From Felis catus (taxonomy: Eukaryota), in contig NW_025408521.1 of the NCBI RefSeq assembly GCF_018350175.1, positions 124,001-188,000 of the forward strand: 64,000 nucleotides of DNA, given 5' to 3'. How positions within the stretch are numbered: the stretch's first letter is position 1; every line of letters begins with the position of its first letter. The position numbers and the translations under genes are program-made. Under the pieces are notes generated by a model that worked only from the letters and a program-made list of their open reading frames with translations, had not been told where the DNA came from and searched no databases. Shown here in pieces: positions 34,785 through 47,371 of the stretch.

Positions 34785-37700
34785 GGGGCACTTCCCATTT
34801 TGTGTCCCCAATCCCTCCCACCTTTCTGGGGAGTTTCTGAGCTGAGAACCCAGTGTCTGGAGACTGTTTCTGGTTCTGTGACCCCTTTATCTCAGGTACA
34901 GGGAACGGCTCCAGCCATGGTGAGCCATGGGAATGACTCAGGGCCTGGAGGCCGGGGCTCGTAGCAGGTGTTTGGGTTTCTGGGTCTCGTATCCCTCGGT
35001 CCTAACCCGGGAGTTTCGGAGCTGAGAGGAAGGGTTTGTTGGCTTTTCAGGATTCAGGCATATGCCTCCTAGGGATTTTGTGCTTGCTGCATAGCCGCTG
35101 GAGGGGGCTGCATGGCATTCTGTGTCTCCCACTTGTCCATCCTTCCCCGTAAGTTTCTTAGCTGAGACCCCCTGTTCTGGAGGCTGTGTGGGAAACACTG
35201 ACCCGTTTCTGTGGGGTACAGGGAGAGGCTTCAGCCCTGATGAGCCATGGTAAGATACAGCCCTGGGCGTGGAGGCCCCGAGTGAGCAGGAGCACAACCC
35301 ATTTTGTGCAACCTATCCCTCCGAACTTCCCCGAGGGTTTCTGAGCAGGGAACCCAGAGCTTGGCGGGTGTCTTTATTGGTGTGAGCCCATCTTTCAGGT
35401 ACAGGAACGGCTTCAGGCATAGTGAGCCATAGCGAGCAGCCCCGGGCGTGGAGGCCCGGGGCGAGCAGCCCCGGGCGTGGAGGCCCGGGGCGAGCAGCCC
35501 CGGGCGTGGAGGCCCGGGGCGAGCAGGCCCGGGCGTGGAGGCCCGGGGCGAGCAGGCCCGGGCGTGGAGGCCCGGGGCGAGCAGGCCCGGGCGTGGAGGC
35601 CCGGGGCGAGCAGGCCCGGGCGTGGAGGCCCGGGGCGAGCAGGCCCGGGCGTGGAGGCCCGGGGCGAGCAGGCCCGGGCGTGGAGGCCCGGGGCGAGCAG
35701 CCCCGGGCGTGGAGGCCCGGGGCGAGCAGCCCCGGGCCTGGAGGCCCGGGGCGAGCAGCCCCGGGCGTGGAGGCCCGGGGCGAGCAGCCCCGGGCCTGGA
35801 GGCCCGGGGCGAGCAGCCCCGGGCCTGGAGGCCCGGGGCGAGCAGCCCCGGGCGTGGAGGCCCGGGGCGAGCAGCCCCGGGCGTGGAGGCCCGGGGCGAG
35901 CAGCCCCGGGCGTGGAGGCCCGGGGCGAGCAGCCCCGGGCGTGGAGGCCCGGGGCGAGCAGCCCCGGGCGTGGAGGCCCGGGGCGAGCAGCCCCGGGCCT
36001 GGCGGCCCGGGGCGAGCAGCCCCGGGCCTGGCGGCCCGGGGCGAGCGGGGCACTTCCCATTTTGTGTCCCCAATCCCTCCCACCTTTCTGGGGAGTTTCT
36101 GAGCTGAGAACCCAGTGTCTGGAGACTGTTTCTGGTTCTGTGACCCCTTTATCTCAGGTACAGGGAACGGCTCCAGCCATGGTGAGCCATGGGAATGACT
36201 CAGGGCCTGGAGGCCGGGGCTCGTAGCAGGTGTTTGGGATTCTGGGTCTCGTATCCCTCGGTCCTAACCCGGGAGTTTCGGAGCTGAGAGGAAGGGTTTT
36301 TTGGCTTTTCAGGATTCAGGCATATGCCTCCTTGGGTTTTTGGGCTTGTTGCATAGCCCCCGGAGGGGCTGCATTGGATTCTGGGTCTCCCACTTCTCCA
36401 TCCTTCCCCGTGAGTTTCTTAGTTGAGACCCCCTGGTCTGGAGGCTGTGTGGGAAACACTGACCCGTTTCTGTCGGGTACTGGGAGAGGCTTCAGCCCTG
36501 ATGAGCCATGGTAAGATACAGCCCCGGGCGTGGAGGCCTGGGGCGAGTGGAGCACTATCCATTTTGTGCATCCTATCCCTCCGAACTTCCCCGGGAGATT
36601 CTGAGCAAGGAACCCAGAGCCTGGCGGGTGTTTGTGTTTGTGTGAGCCCATCTTTCAGGTACAGGAACGGCTTCAGGCACAGTGAGCCATAGCGAGCAGC
36701 CCTGGACGTGGAGGCCCGGGGCGAGCAGCCCCGGGCGTGGAGGCCCGGGGCGAGCAGCCCCGGGCGTGGAGGCCCGGGGCGAGCAGCCCCGGGCGTGGAG
36801 GCCAGGGGCGAGCAGCCCCGGGCGTGGAGGCCCGGGGCGAGCAGCCCCGGGCGTGGAGGCCCGGGGCGAGCAGCCCCGGGCGTGGAGGCCCGGGGCGAGC
36901 AGCCCCGGGCGTGGAGGCCCGGGGCGAGCAGCCCCGGGCGTGGAGGCCCGGGGCCAGCAGCCCCGGGCGTGGAGGCCCGGGGCCAGCAGCCCCGGGCGTG
37001 GAGGCCCGGGGCCAGCAGCCCCGGGCCTGGAGGCCCGGGGCGAGCGGGGCACTTCCTATTTTGTGTCCCCAAACCCTCGGACCTTTCTGGGGAGTTCTGA
37101 GCTGAGACCCCTGTGTCTGGAGCCTGTTTCTGGTTCTGTGACCCCTTTATCTCAGGTATAGGGAAAGGCTCCAGCCATGGTGAGCCATGGTAACGACTCA
37201 GGGCCTGGAGGCCGGGGCTCGTAGCAGGTGTTTGGGATTCTGGGTCTCGCATCTCTCGGTCCTATCCCGGGAGTTTCGGAGCTGAGAGGAAGGGTTTGTT
37301 GGCTTTTCAGGATTCAGGCATATGCCTCCTTGGGTTTTTGGGCTTGTTGCATAGCCCCCGGAGGGGCTGCATTGGATTCTGGGTCTCCCACTTCTCCATC
37401 CTTCCCCGTGAGTTTCTTAGTTGAGACCCCCTGGTCTGGAGGCTGTGTGGGAAACACTGACCCGTTTCTGTCGGGTACTGGGAGAGGCTTCAGCCCTGAT
37501 GAGCCATGGTAAGATACAGCCCCGGGCGTGGAGGCCTGGGGCGAGTGGAGCACTATCCATTTTGTGCATCCTATCCCTCCGAACTTCCCCGGGAGATTCT
37601 GAGCAAGGAACCCAGAGCCTGGCAGGTGTTTGTGTTTGTGTGAGCCCATCTTTCAGGTACAGGAACGGCTTCAGGCACAGTGAGCCATCGCGAGCAGCCC

Positions 37701-40629
37701 CGGGCGTGGAGGCCCGGGGCGAGCAGCCCCGGGCGTGGAGGCCCGGGGCGAGCAGCCCCGGGCGTGGAGGCCCGGGGCGAGCAGCCCCGGGCGTGGAGGC
37801 CCGGGGCGAGCAGCCCCGGGCGTGGAGGCCCGGGGCGAGCAGCCCCGGGCGTGGAGGCCCGGGGCGAGCAGCCCCGGGCCTGGAGGCCCGGGGCCAGCAG
37901 CCCCGGGCGTGGAGGCCCGGGGCCAGCAGCCCCGGGCGTGGAGGCCCGGGGCCAGCAGCCCCGGGCCTGGAGGCCCGGGGCCAGCAGCCCCGGGCCTGGA
38001 GGCCCGGGGCCAGCAGCCCCGGGCCTGGAGGCCCGGGGCCAGCAGCCCCGGGCCTGGAGGCCCGGGGCCAGCAGCCCCGGGCCTGGAGGCCCGGGGCCAG
38101 CGGGGCACTTCCTATTTTGTGTCCCCAAACCCTCGGACCTTTCTGGGGAGTTTCTGAGCTGAGACCCCTGTGTCTGGAGCCTGTTTCTGGTTCTGTGACC
38201 CCTTTATCTCAGGTATAGGGAAAGGCTCCAGCCATGGTGAGCCATGGTAACGACTCAGGGCCTGGAGGCCGGGGCTCGTAGCAGGTGTTTGGGATTCTGG
38301 GTCTCGCATCTCTCGGTCCTATCCCGGGAGTTTCGGAGCTGAGAGGAAGGGTTTGTTGGCTTTTCAGGATTCAGGCATATGCCTCCTTGGGTTTTTGGGC
38401 TTGTTGCATAGCCCCCGGAGGGGCTGCATTGGATTCTGGGTCTCCCACTTCTCCATCCTTCCCCGTGAGTTTCTTAGTTGAGACCCCCTGGTCTGGAGGC
38501 TGTGTGGGAAACACTGACCCGTTTCTGTCGGGTACTGGGAGAGGCTTCAGCCCTGATGAGCCATGGTAAGATACAGCCCCGGGCGTGGAGGCCTGGGGCG
38601 AGTGGAGCACTATCCATTCTGTGCATCCTATCCCTCCGAACTTCCCCGGGAGATTCTGAGCAAGGAACCCAGAGCCTGGCGGGTGTTTGTGTTTGTGTGA
38701 GCCCATCTTTCAGGTACAGGAACGGCTTCAGGCACAGTGAGCCATAGCGAGCAGCCCCGGGCGTGGAGGCCTGGGGCGAGTGGAGCACTATCCATTCTGT
38801 GCATCCTATCCCTCCGAACTTCCCCGGGAGATTCTGAGCAAGGAACCCAGAGCCTGGCGGGTGTTTGTGTTTGTGTGAGCCCATCTTTCAGGTACAGGAA
38901 CGGCTTCAGGCACAGTGAGCCATCGCGAGCAGCCCCGGGCGTGGAGGCCCGGGGCGAGCAGCCCCGGGCGTGGAGGCCCGGGGCGAGCAGCCCCGGGCGT
39001 GGAGGCCCGGGGCGAGCAGCCCCGGGCGTGGAGGCCCGGGGCCAGCAGCCCCGGGCGTGGAGGCCCGGGGCCAGCAGCCCCGGGCGTGGAGGCCCGGGGC
39101 CAGCAGCCCCGGGCCTGGAGGCCCGGGGCCAGCAGCCCCGGGCGCGGAGGCCCGGGGCGAGCAGCCCCGGGCGCGGAGGCCAGGGGCGAGCAGCCCCGGG
39201 CGCGGAGGCCCGGGGCGAGCAGCCCCGGGCGCGGAGGCCCGGGGCCAGCAGCCCCGGGCGCGGAGGCCCGGGGCCAGCAGCCCCGGGCGCGGAGGCCCGG
39301 GGCCAGCAGCCCCGGGCCTGGAGGCCCGGGGCCAGCAGCCCCGGGCCTGGAGGCCCGGGGCGAGCGGGGCACTTCCTATTTTGTGTCCCCAAACCCTCGG
39401 ACCTTTCTGGGGAGTTTCTGAGCTGAGACCCCTGTGTCTGGAGCCTGTTTCTGGTTCTGTGACCCCTTTATCTCAGGTATAGGGAAAGGCTCCAGCCATG
39501 GTGAGCCATGGTAACGACTCAGGGCCTGGAGGCCGGGGCTCGTAGCAGGTGTTTGGGATTCTGGGTCTCGCATCTCTCGGTCCTATCCCGGGAGTTTCGG
39601 AGCTGAGAGGAAGGGTTTGTTGGCTTTTCAGGATTCAGGCATATGCCTCCTTGGGTTTTTGGGCTTGTTGCATAGCCCCCGGAGGGGCTGCATTGGATTC
39701 TGGGTCTCCCACTTCTCCATCCTTCCCCGTGAGTTTCTTAGTTGAGACCCCCTGGTCTGGAGGCTGTGTGGGAAACACTGACCCGTTTCTGTCGGGTACT
39801 GGGAGAGGCTTCAGCCCTGATGAGCCATGGTAAGATACAGCCCCGGGCGTGGAGGCCTGGGGCGAGTGGAGCACTATCCATTCTGTGCATCCTGTCCCTC
39901 CGAACTTCCCCGGGAGATTCTGAGCAAGGAACCCAGAGCCTGGCGGGTGTTTGTGTTTGTGTGAGCCCATCTTTCAGGTACAGGAACGGCTTCAGGCACA
40001 GTGAGCCATAGCGAGCAGCCCCGGGCGTGGAGGCCTGGGGCGAGTGGAGCACTATCCATTCTGTGCATCCTATCCCTCCGAACTTCCCCGGGAGATTCTG
40101 AGCAAGGAACCCAGAGCCTGGCGGGTGTTTGTGTTTGTGTGAGCCCATCTTTCAGGTACAGGAACGGCTTCAGGCACAGTGAGCCATCGCGAGCAGCCCC
40201 GGGCGTGGAGGCCCGGGGCGAGCAGCCCCGGGCGTGGGGGCCCGGGGCGAGCAGCCCCGGGCGTGGGGGCCCGGGGCGAGCAGCCCCGGGCGTGGGGGCC
40301 CGGGGCGAGCAGCCCCGGGCGTGGGGGCCCGGGGCGAGCAGCCCCGGGCGTGGGGGCCCGGGGCGAGCAGCCCCGGGCGTGGGGGCCCGGGGCGAGCAGC
40401 CCCGGGCCTGGGGGCCCGGGGCGAGCAGCCCCGGGCCTGGGGGCCCGGGGCGAGCAGCCCCGGGCCTGGGGGCCCGGGGCGAGCAGCCCCGGGCCTGGGG
40501 GCCCGGGGCGAGCAGCCCCGGGCCTGGGGGCCCGGGGCGAGCAGCCCCGGGCCTGGGGGCCCGGGGCGAGCAGCCCCGGGCCTGGGGGCCCGGGGCGAGC
40601 AGCCCCGGGCCTGGGGGCCCGGGGCGAGC
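34785..40629 (-). repeat. 5-unit higher-order repeat copy (5845 bp)
   Basis: Ordered tracts: GCAGGCCC block, CCTGGAC start, GGCCAGCAG-rich, GCGCGG, TGGGGG. The last two spacers carry the 178-bp duplication. Confidence 0.88.
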
Positions 40630-41277
40630 GGGGCACTTCCCATTTTGGGTCCCCAATCCCTCCCACCTTTCTGGGGAGTTTCTGAGCTGAGAACCCAGTG
40701 TCTGGAGACTGTTTCTGGTTCTGTGACCCCTTTATCTCAGGTACAGGGAACGGCTCCAGCCATGGTGAGCCATGGGAATGACTCAGGGCCTGGAGGCCGG
40801 GGCTCGTAGCAGGTGTTTGGGTTTCTGGGTCTCGTATCCCTCGGTCCTAACCCGGGAGTTTCGGAGCTGAGAGGAAGGGTTTGTTGGCTTTTCAGGATTC
40901 AGGCATATGCCTCCTAGGGATTTTGTGCTTGCTGCATAGCCGCTGGAGGGGGCTGCATGGCATTCTGTGTCTCCCACTTGTCCATCCTTCCCCGTAAGTT
41001 TCTTAGCTGAGACCCCCTGTTCTGGAGGCTGTGTGGGAAACACTGACCCGTTTCTGTGGGGTACAGGGAGAGGCTTCAGCCCTGATGAGCCATGGTAAGA
41101 TACAGCCCTGGGCGTGGAGGCCCCGAGTGAGCAGGAGCACAACCCATTTTGTGCAACCTATCCCTCCGAACTTCCCCGAGGGTTTCTGAGCAGGGAACCC
41201 AGAGCTTGGCGGGTGTCTTTATTGGTGTGAGCCCATCTTTCAGGTACAGGAACGGCTTCAGGCATAGTGAGCCATAG

Positions 41278-42964
41278 CGAGCAGCCCCGGGCGTGGAGGC
41301 CCGGGGCGAGCAGCCCCGGGCGTGGAGGCCCGGGGCGAGCAGCCCCGGGCGTGGAGGCCCGGGGCGAGCAGCCCCGGGCGTGGAGGCCCGGGGCGAGCAG
41401 GCCCGGGCGTGGAGGCCCGGGGCGAGCAGGCCCGGGCGTGGAGGCCCGGGGCGAGCAGGCCCGGGCGTGGAGGCCCGGGGCGAGCAGGCCCGGGCGTGGA
41501 GGCCCGGGGCGAGCAGGCCCGGGCGTGGAGGCCCGGGGCGAGCAGGCCCGGGCGTGGAGGCCCGGGGCGAGCAGCCCCGGGCGTGGAGGCCCGGGGCGAG
41601 CAGCCCCGGGCCTGGAGGCCCGGGGCGAGCAGCCCCGGGCCTGGAGGCCCGGGGCGAGCAGCCCCGGGCCTGGAGGCCCGGGGCGAGCAGCCCCGGGCCT
41701 GGAGGCCCGGGGCGAGCAGCCCCGGGCGTGGAGGCCCGGGGCGAGCAGCCCCGGGCGTGGAGGCCCGGGGCGAGCAGCCCCGGGCGTGGAGGCCCGGGGC
41801 GAGCAGCCCCGGGCGTGGAGGCCCGGGGCGAGCAGCCCCGGGCGTGGAGGCCCGGGGCGAGCAGCCCCGGGCGTGGAGGCCCGGGGCGAGCAGCCCCGGG
41901 CGTGGAGGCCCGGGGCGAGCAGCCCCGGGCCTGGAGGCCCGGGGCGAGCAGCCCCGGGCCTGGAGGCCCGGGGCGAGCAGCCCCGGGCGTGGAGGCCCGG
42001 GGCGAGCAGCCCCGGGCGTGGAGGCCCGGGGCGAGCAGCCCCGGGCGTGGAGGCCCGGGGCGAGCAGCCCCGGGCGTGGAGGCCCGGGGCGAGCAGCCCC
42101 GGGCGTGGAGGCCCGGGGCGAGCAGCCCCGGGCCTGGAGGCCCGGGGCGAGCAGCCCCGGGCCTGGAGGCCCGGGGCGAGCAGCCCCGGGCCTGGAGGCC
42201 CGGGGCGAGCAGCCCCGGGCCTGGAGGCCCGGGGCGAGCAGCCCCGGGCCTGGAGGCCCGGGGCGAGCAGCCCCGGGCCTGGAGGCCCGGGGCGAGCAGC
42301 CCCGGGCGTGGAGGCCCGGGGCGAGCAGCCCCGGGCCTGGAGGCCCGGGGCGAGCAGCCCCGGGCCTGGAGGCCCGGGGCGAGCAGCCCCGGGCCTGGAG
42401 GCCCGGGGCGAGCAGCCCCGGGCCTGGAGGCCCGGGGCGAGCAGCCCCGGGCCTGGAGGCCCGGGGCGAGCAGCCCCGGGCCTGGAGGCCCGGGGCGAGC
42501 TCGCCCCGGGCCTGGAGGCCCGGGGCGAGCAGCCCCGGGCCTGGAGGCCCGGGGCGAGCAGCCCCGGGCGTGGAGGCCCGGGGCCAGCAGCCCCGGGCGT
42601 GGAGGCCCGGGGCCAGCAGCCCCGGGCGTGGAGGCCCGGGGCCAGCAGCCCCGGGCGTGGAGGCCCGGGGCCAGCAGCCCCGGGCGTGGAGGCCCGGGGC
42701 CAGCAGCCCCGGGCCTGGAGGCCCGGGGCCAGCAGCCCCGGGCCTGGAGGCCCGGGGCCAGCAGCCCCGGGCCTGGAGGCCCGGGGCCAGCAGCCCCGGG
42801 CCTGGAGGCCCGGGGCCAGCAGCCCCGGGCCTGGAGGCCCGGGGCCAGCAGCCCCGGGCCTGGAGGCCCGGGGCCAGCAGCCCCGGGCCTGGAGGCCCGG
42901 GGCCAGCAGCCCCGGGCCTGGAGGCCCGGGGCCAGCAGCCCCGGGCCTGGAGGCCCGGGGCCAG
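41278..42964 (-). repeat. Longest right-arm 29-bp tract (~58 monomers), composite
   Basis: Starts with the GCAGGCCC block, has a GAGCTC linker at 42497, then switches to GGCCAGCAG monomers. Confidence 0.9.
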
Positions 42965-45900
42965 CGGGGCACTTCCTATTTTGTGTCCCCAAACCCTCGG
43001 ACCTTTCTGGGGAGTTCTGAGCTGAGACCCCTGTGTCTGGAGCCTGTTTCTGGTTCTGTGACCCCTTTATCTCAGGTATAGGGAAAGGCTCCAGCCATGG
43101 TGAGCCATGGTAACGACTCAGGGCCTGGAGGCCGGGGCTCGTAGCAGGTGTTTGGGATTCTGGGTCTCGCATCTCTCGGTCCTATCCCGGGAGTTTCGGA
43201 GCTGAGAGGAAGGGTTTGTTGGCTTTTCAGGATTCAGGCATATGCCTCCTTGGGTTTTTGGGCTTGTTGCATAGCCCCCGGAGGGGCTGCATTGGATTCT
43301 GGGTCTCCCACTTCTCCATCCTTCCCCGTGAGTTTCTTAGTTGAGACCCCCTGGTCTGGAGGCTGTGTGGGAAACACTGACCCGTTTCTGTCGGGTACTG
43401 GGAGAGGCTTCAGCCCTGATGAGCCATGGTAAGATACAGCCCCGGGCGTGGAGGCCTGGGGCGAGTGGAGCACTATCCATTTTGTGCATCCTATCCCTCC
43501 GAACTTCCCCGGGAGATTCTGAGCAAGGAACCCAGAGCCTGGCAGGTGTTTGTGTTTGTGTGAGCCCATCTTTCAGGTACAGGAACGGCTTCAGGCACAG
43601 TGAGCCATCGCGAGCAGCCCCGGGCGTGGAGGCCCGGGGCGAGCAGCCCCGGGCGTGGAGGCCCGGGGCGAGCAGCCCCGGGCGTGGAGGCCCGGGGCGA
43701 GCAGCCCCGGGCGTGGAGGCCCGGGGCGAGCAGCCCCGGGCGTGGAGGCCCGGGGCCAGCAGCCCCGGGCGTGGAGGCCCGGGGCCAGCAGCCCCGGGCG
43801 TGGAGGCCCGGGGCCAGCAGCCCCGGGCCTGGAGGCCCGGGGCCAGCAGCCCCGGGCCTGGAGGCCCGGGGCCAGCAGCCCAGGGCCTGGAGGCCCGGGG
43901 CCAGCAGCCCCGGGCCTGGAGGCCCGGGGCCAGCAGCCCCGGGCCTGGAGGCCCGGGGCCAGCGGGGCACTTCCTATTTTGTGTCCCCAAACCCTCGGAC
44001 CTTTCTGGGGAGTTCTGAGCTGAGACCCCTGTGTCTGGAGCCTGTTTCTGGTTCTGTGACCCCTTTATCTCAGGTATAGGGAAAGGCTCCAGCCATGGTG
44101 AGCCATGGTAACGACTCAGGGCCTGGAGGCCGGGGCTCGTAGCAGGTGTTTGGGATTCTGGGTCTCGCATCTCTCGGTCCTATCCCGGGAGTTTCGGAGC
44201 TGAGAGGAAGGGTTTGTTGGCTTTTCAGGATTCAGGCATATGCCTCCTTGGGTTTTTGGGCTTGTTGCATAGCCCCCGGAGGGGCTGCATTGGATTCTGG
44301 GTCTCCCACTTCTCCATCCTTCCCCGTGAGTTTCTTAGTTGAGACCCCCTGGTCTGGAGGCTGTGTGGGAAACACTGACCCGTTTCTGTCGGGTACTGGG
44401 AGAGGCTTCAGCCCTGATGAGCCATGGTAAGATACAGCCCCGGGCGTGGAGGCCTGGGGCGAGTGGAGCACTATCCATTCTGTGCATCCTATCCCTCCGA
44501 ACTTCCCCGGGAGATTCTGAGCAAGGAACCCAGAGCCTGGCGGGTGTTTGTGTTTGTGTGAGCCCATCTTTCAGGTACAGGAACGGCTTCAGGCACAGTG
44601 AGCCATAGCGAGCAGCCCCGGGCGTGGAGGCCTGGGGCGAGTGGAGCACTATCCATTCTGTGCATCCTATCCCTCCGAACTTCCCCGGGAGATTCTGAGC
44701 AAGGAACCCAGAGCCTGGCGGGTGTTTGTGTTTGTGTGAGCCCATCTTTCAGGTACAGGAACGGCTTCAGGCACAGTGAGCCATCGCGAGCAGCCCCGGG
44801 CGTGGAGGCCCGGGGCGAGCAGCCCCGGGCGTGGAGGCCCGGGGCGAGCAGCCCCGGGCGTGGAGGCCCGGGGCGAGCAGCCCCGGGCGTGGAGGCCCGG
44901 GGCCAGCAGCCCCGGGCCTGGAGGCCCGGGGCCAGCAGCCCCGGGCGCGGAGGCCCGGGGCGAGCAGCCCCGGGCGCGGAGGCCAGGGGCGAGCAGCCCC
45001 GGGCGCGGAGGCCCGGGGCGAGCAGCCCCGGGCGCGGAGGCCCGGGGCCAGCAGCCCCGGGCGCGGAGGCCCGGGGCCAGCAGCCCCGGGCCTGGAGGCC
45101 CGGGGCCAGCAGCCCCGGGCCTGGAGGCCCGGGGCCAGCAGCCCCGGGCCTGGAGGCCCGGGGCGAGCAGCCCCGGGCCTGGAGGCCCGGGGCGAGCTCG
45201 CCCCGGGCCTGGAGGCCCGGGGCGAGCAGCCCCGGGCCTGGAGGCCCGGGGCGAGCAGCCCCGGGCCTGGAGGCCCGGGGCGAGCTCGCCCCGGGCCTGG
45301 AGGCCCGGGGCGAGCAGCCCCGGGCCTGGAGGCCCGGGGCGAGCTCGCCCCGGGCCTGGAGGCCCGGGGCGAGCAGCCCCGGGCCTGGAGGCCCGGGGCG
45401 AGCAGCCCCGGGCCTGGAGGCCCGGGGCGAGCAGCCCCGGGCCTGGAGGCCCGGGGCGAGCGGGGCACTTCCCATTTTGTGTCCCCAATCCCTCCCACCT
45501 TTCTGGGGAGTTTCTGAGCTGAGAACCCAGTGTCTGGAGACTGTTTCTGGTTCTGTGACCCCTTTATCTCAGGTACAGGGAACGGCTCCAGCCATGGTGA
45601 GCCATGGGAACGACTCAGGGCCTGGAGGCCGGGGCTCGTAGCAGGTGTTTGGGATTCTGGGTCTCGTATCCCTCGGTCCTAACCCGGGAGTTTCGGAGCT
45701 GAGAGGAAGGGTTTGTTGGCTTTTCAGGATTCAGGCATATGCCTCCTTGGGTTTTTGGGCTTGTTGCATAGCCCCCGGAGGGGCTGCATTGGATTCTGGG
45801 TCTCCCACTTCTCCATCCTTCCCCGTGAGTTTCTTAGTTGAGACCCCCTGGTCTGGAGGCTGTGTGGGAAACACTGACCCGTTTCTGTCGGGTACTGGGA

Positions 45901-47371
45901 GAGGCTTCAGCCCTGATGAGCCATGGTAAGATACAGCCCCGGGCGTGGAGGCCTGGGGCGAGTGGAGCACTATCCATTTTGTGCATCCTATCCCTCCGAA
46001 CTTCCCCGGGAGATTCTGAGCAAGGAACCCAGAGCCTGGCGGGTGTTTGTGTTTGTGTGAGCCCATCTTTCAGGTACAGGAACGGCTTCAGGCACAGTGA
46101 GCCATAGCGAGCAGCCCCGGACGTGGAGGCCCGGGGCGAGCAGCCCCGGGCGTGGAGGCCCGGGGCGAGCAGCCCCGGGCGTGGAGGCCCGGGGCGAGCA
46201 GCCCCGGGCGTGGAGGCCCGGGGCGAGCAGCCCCGGGCGTGGAGGCCCGGGGCGAGCAGCCCCGGGCGTGGAGGCCCGGGGCGAGCAGCCCCGGGCGTGG
46301 AGGCCCGGGGCGAGCAGCCCCGGGCGTGGAGGCCCGGGGCCAGCAGCCCCGGGCGTGGAGGCCCGGGGCCAGCAGCCCCGGGCCTGGAGGCCCGGGGCCA
46401 GCAGCCCCGGGCGTGGAGGCCCGGGGCCAGCAGCCCCGGGCCTGGAGGCCCGGGGCCAGCAGCCCCGGGCCTGGAGGCCCGGGGCGAGCGGGGCACTTCC
46501 TATTTTGTGTCCCCAAACCCTCGGACCTTTCTGGGGAGTTCTGAGCTGAGACCCCTGTGTCTGGAGCCTGTTTCTGGTTCTGTGACCCCTTTATCTCAGG
46601 TATAGGGAAAGGCTCCAGCCATGGTGAGCCATGGTAACGACTCAGGGCCTGGAGGCCGGGGCTCGTAGCAGGTGTTTGGGATTCTGGGTCTCGCATCTCT
46701 CGGTCCTATCCCGGGAGTTTCGGAGCTGAGAGGAAGGGTTTGTTGGCTTTTCAGGATTCAGGCATATGCCTCCTTGGGTTTTTGGGCTTGTTGCATAGCC
46801 CCCGGAGGGGCTGCATTGGATTCTGGGTCTCCCACTTCTCCATCCTTCCCCGTGAGTTTCTTAGTTGAGACCCCCTGGTCTGGAGGCTGTGTGGGAAACA
46901 CTGACCCGTTTCTGTCGGGTACTGGGAGAGGCTTCAGCCCTGATGAGCCATGGTAAGATACAGCCCCGGGCGTGGAGGCCTGGGGCGAGTGGAGCACTAT
47001 CCATTTTGTGCATCCTATCCCTCCGAACTTCCCCGGGAGATTCTGAGCAAGGAACCCAGAGCCTGGCAGGTGTTTGTGTTTGTGTGAGCCCATCTTTCAG
47101 GTACAGGAACGGCTTCAGGCACAGTGAGCCATCGCGAGCAGCCCCGGGCGTGGAGGCCCGGGGCGAGCAGCCCCGGGCGTGGAGGCCCGGGGCGAGCAGC
47201 CCCGGGCGTGGAGGCCCGGGGCGAGCAGCCCCGGGCGTGGAGGCCCGGGGCGAGCAGCCCCGGGCGTGGAGGCCCGGGGCCAGCAGCCCCGGGCGTGGAG
47301 GCCCGGGGCCAGCAGCCCCGGGCGTGGAGGCCCGGGGCCAGCAGCCCCGGGCCTGGAGGCCCGGGGCGAGC

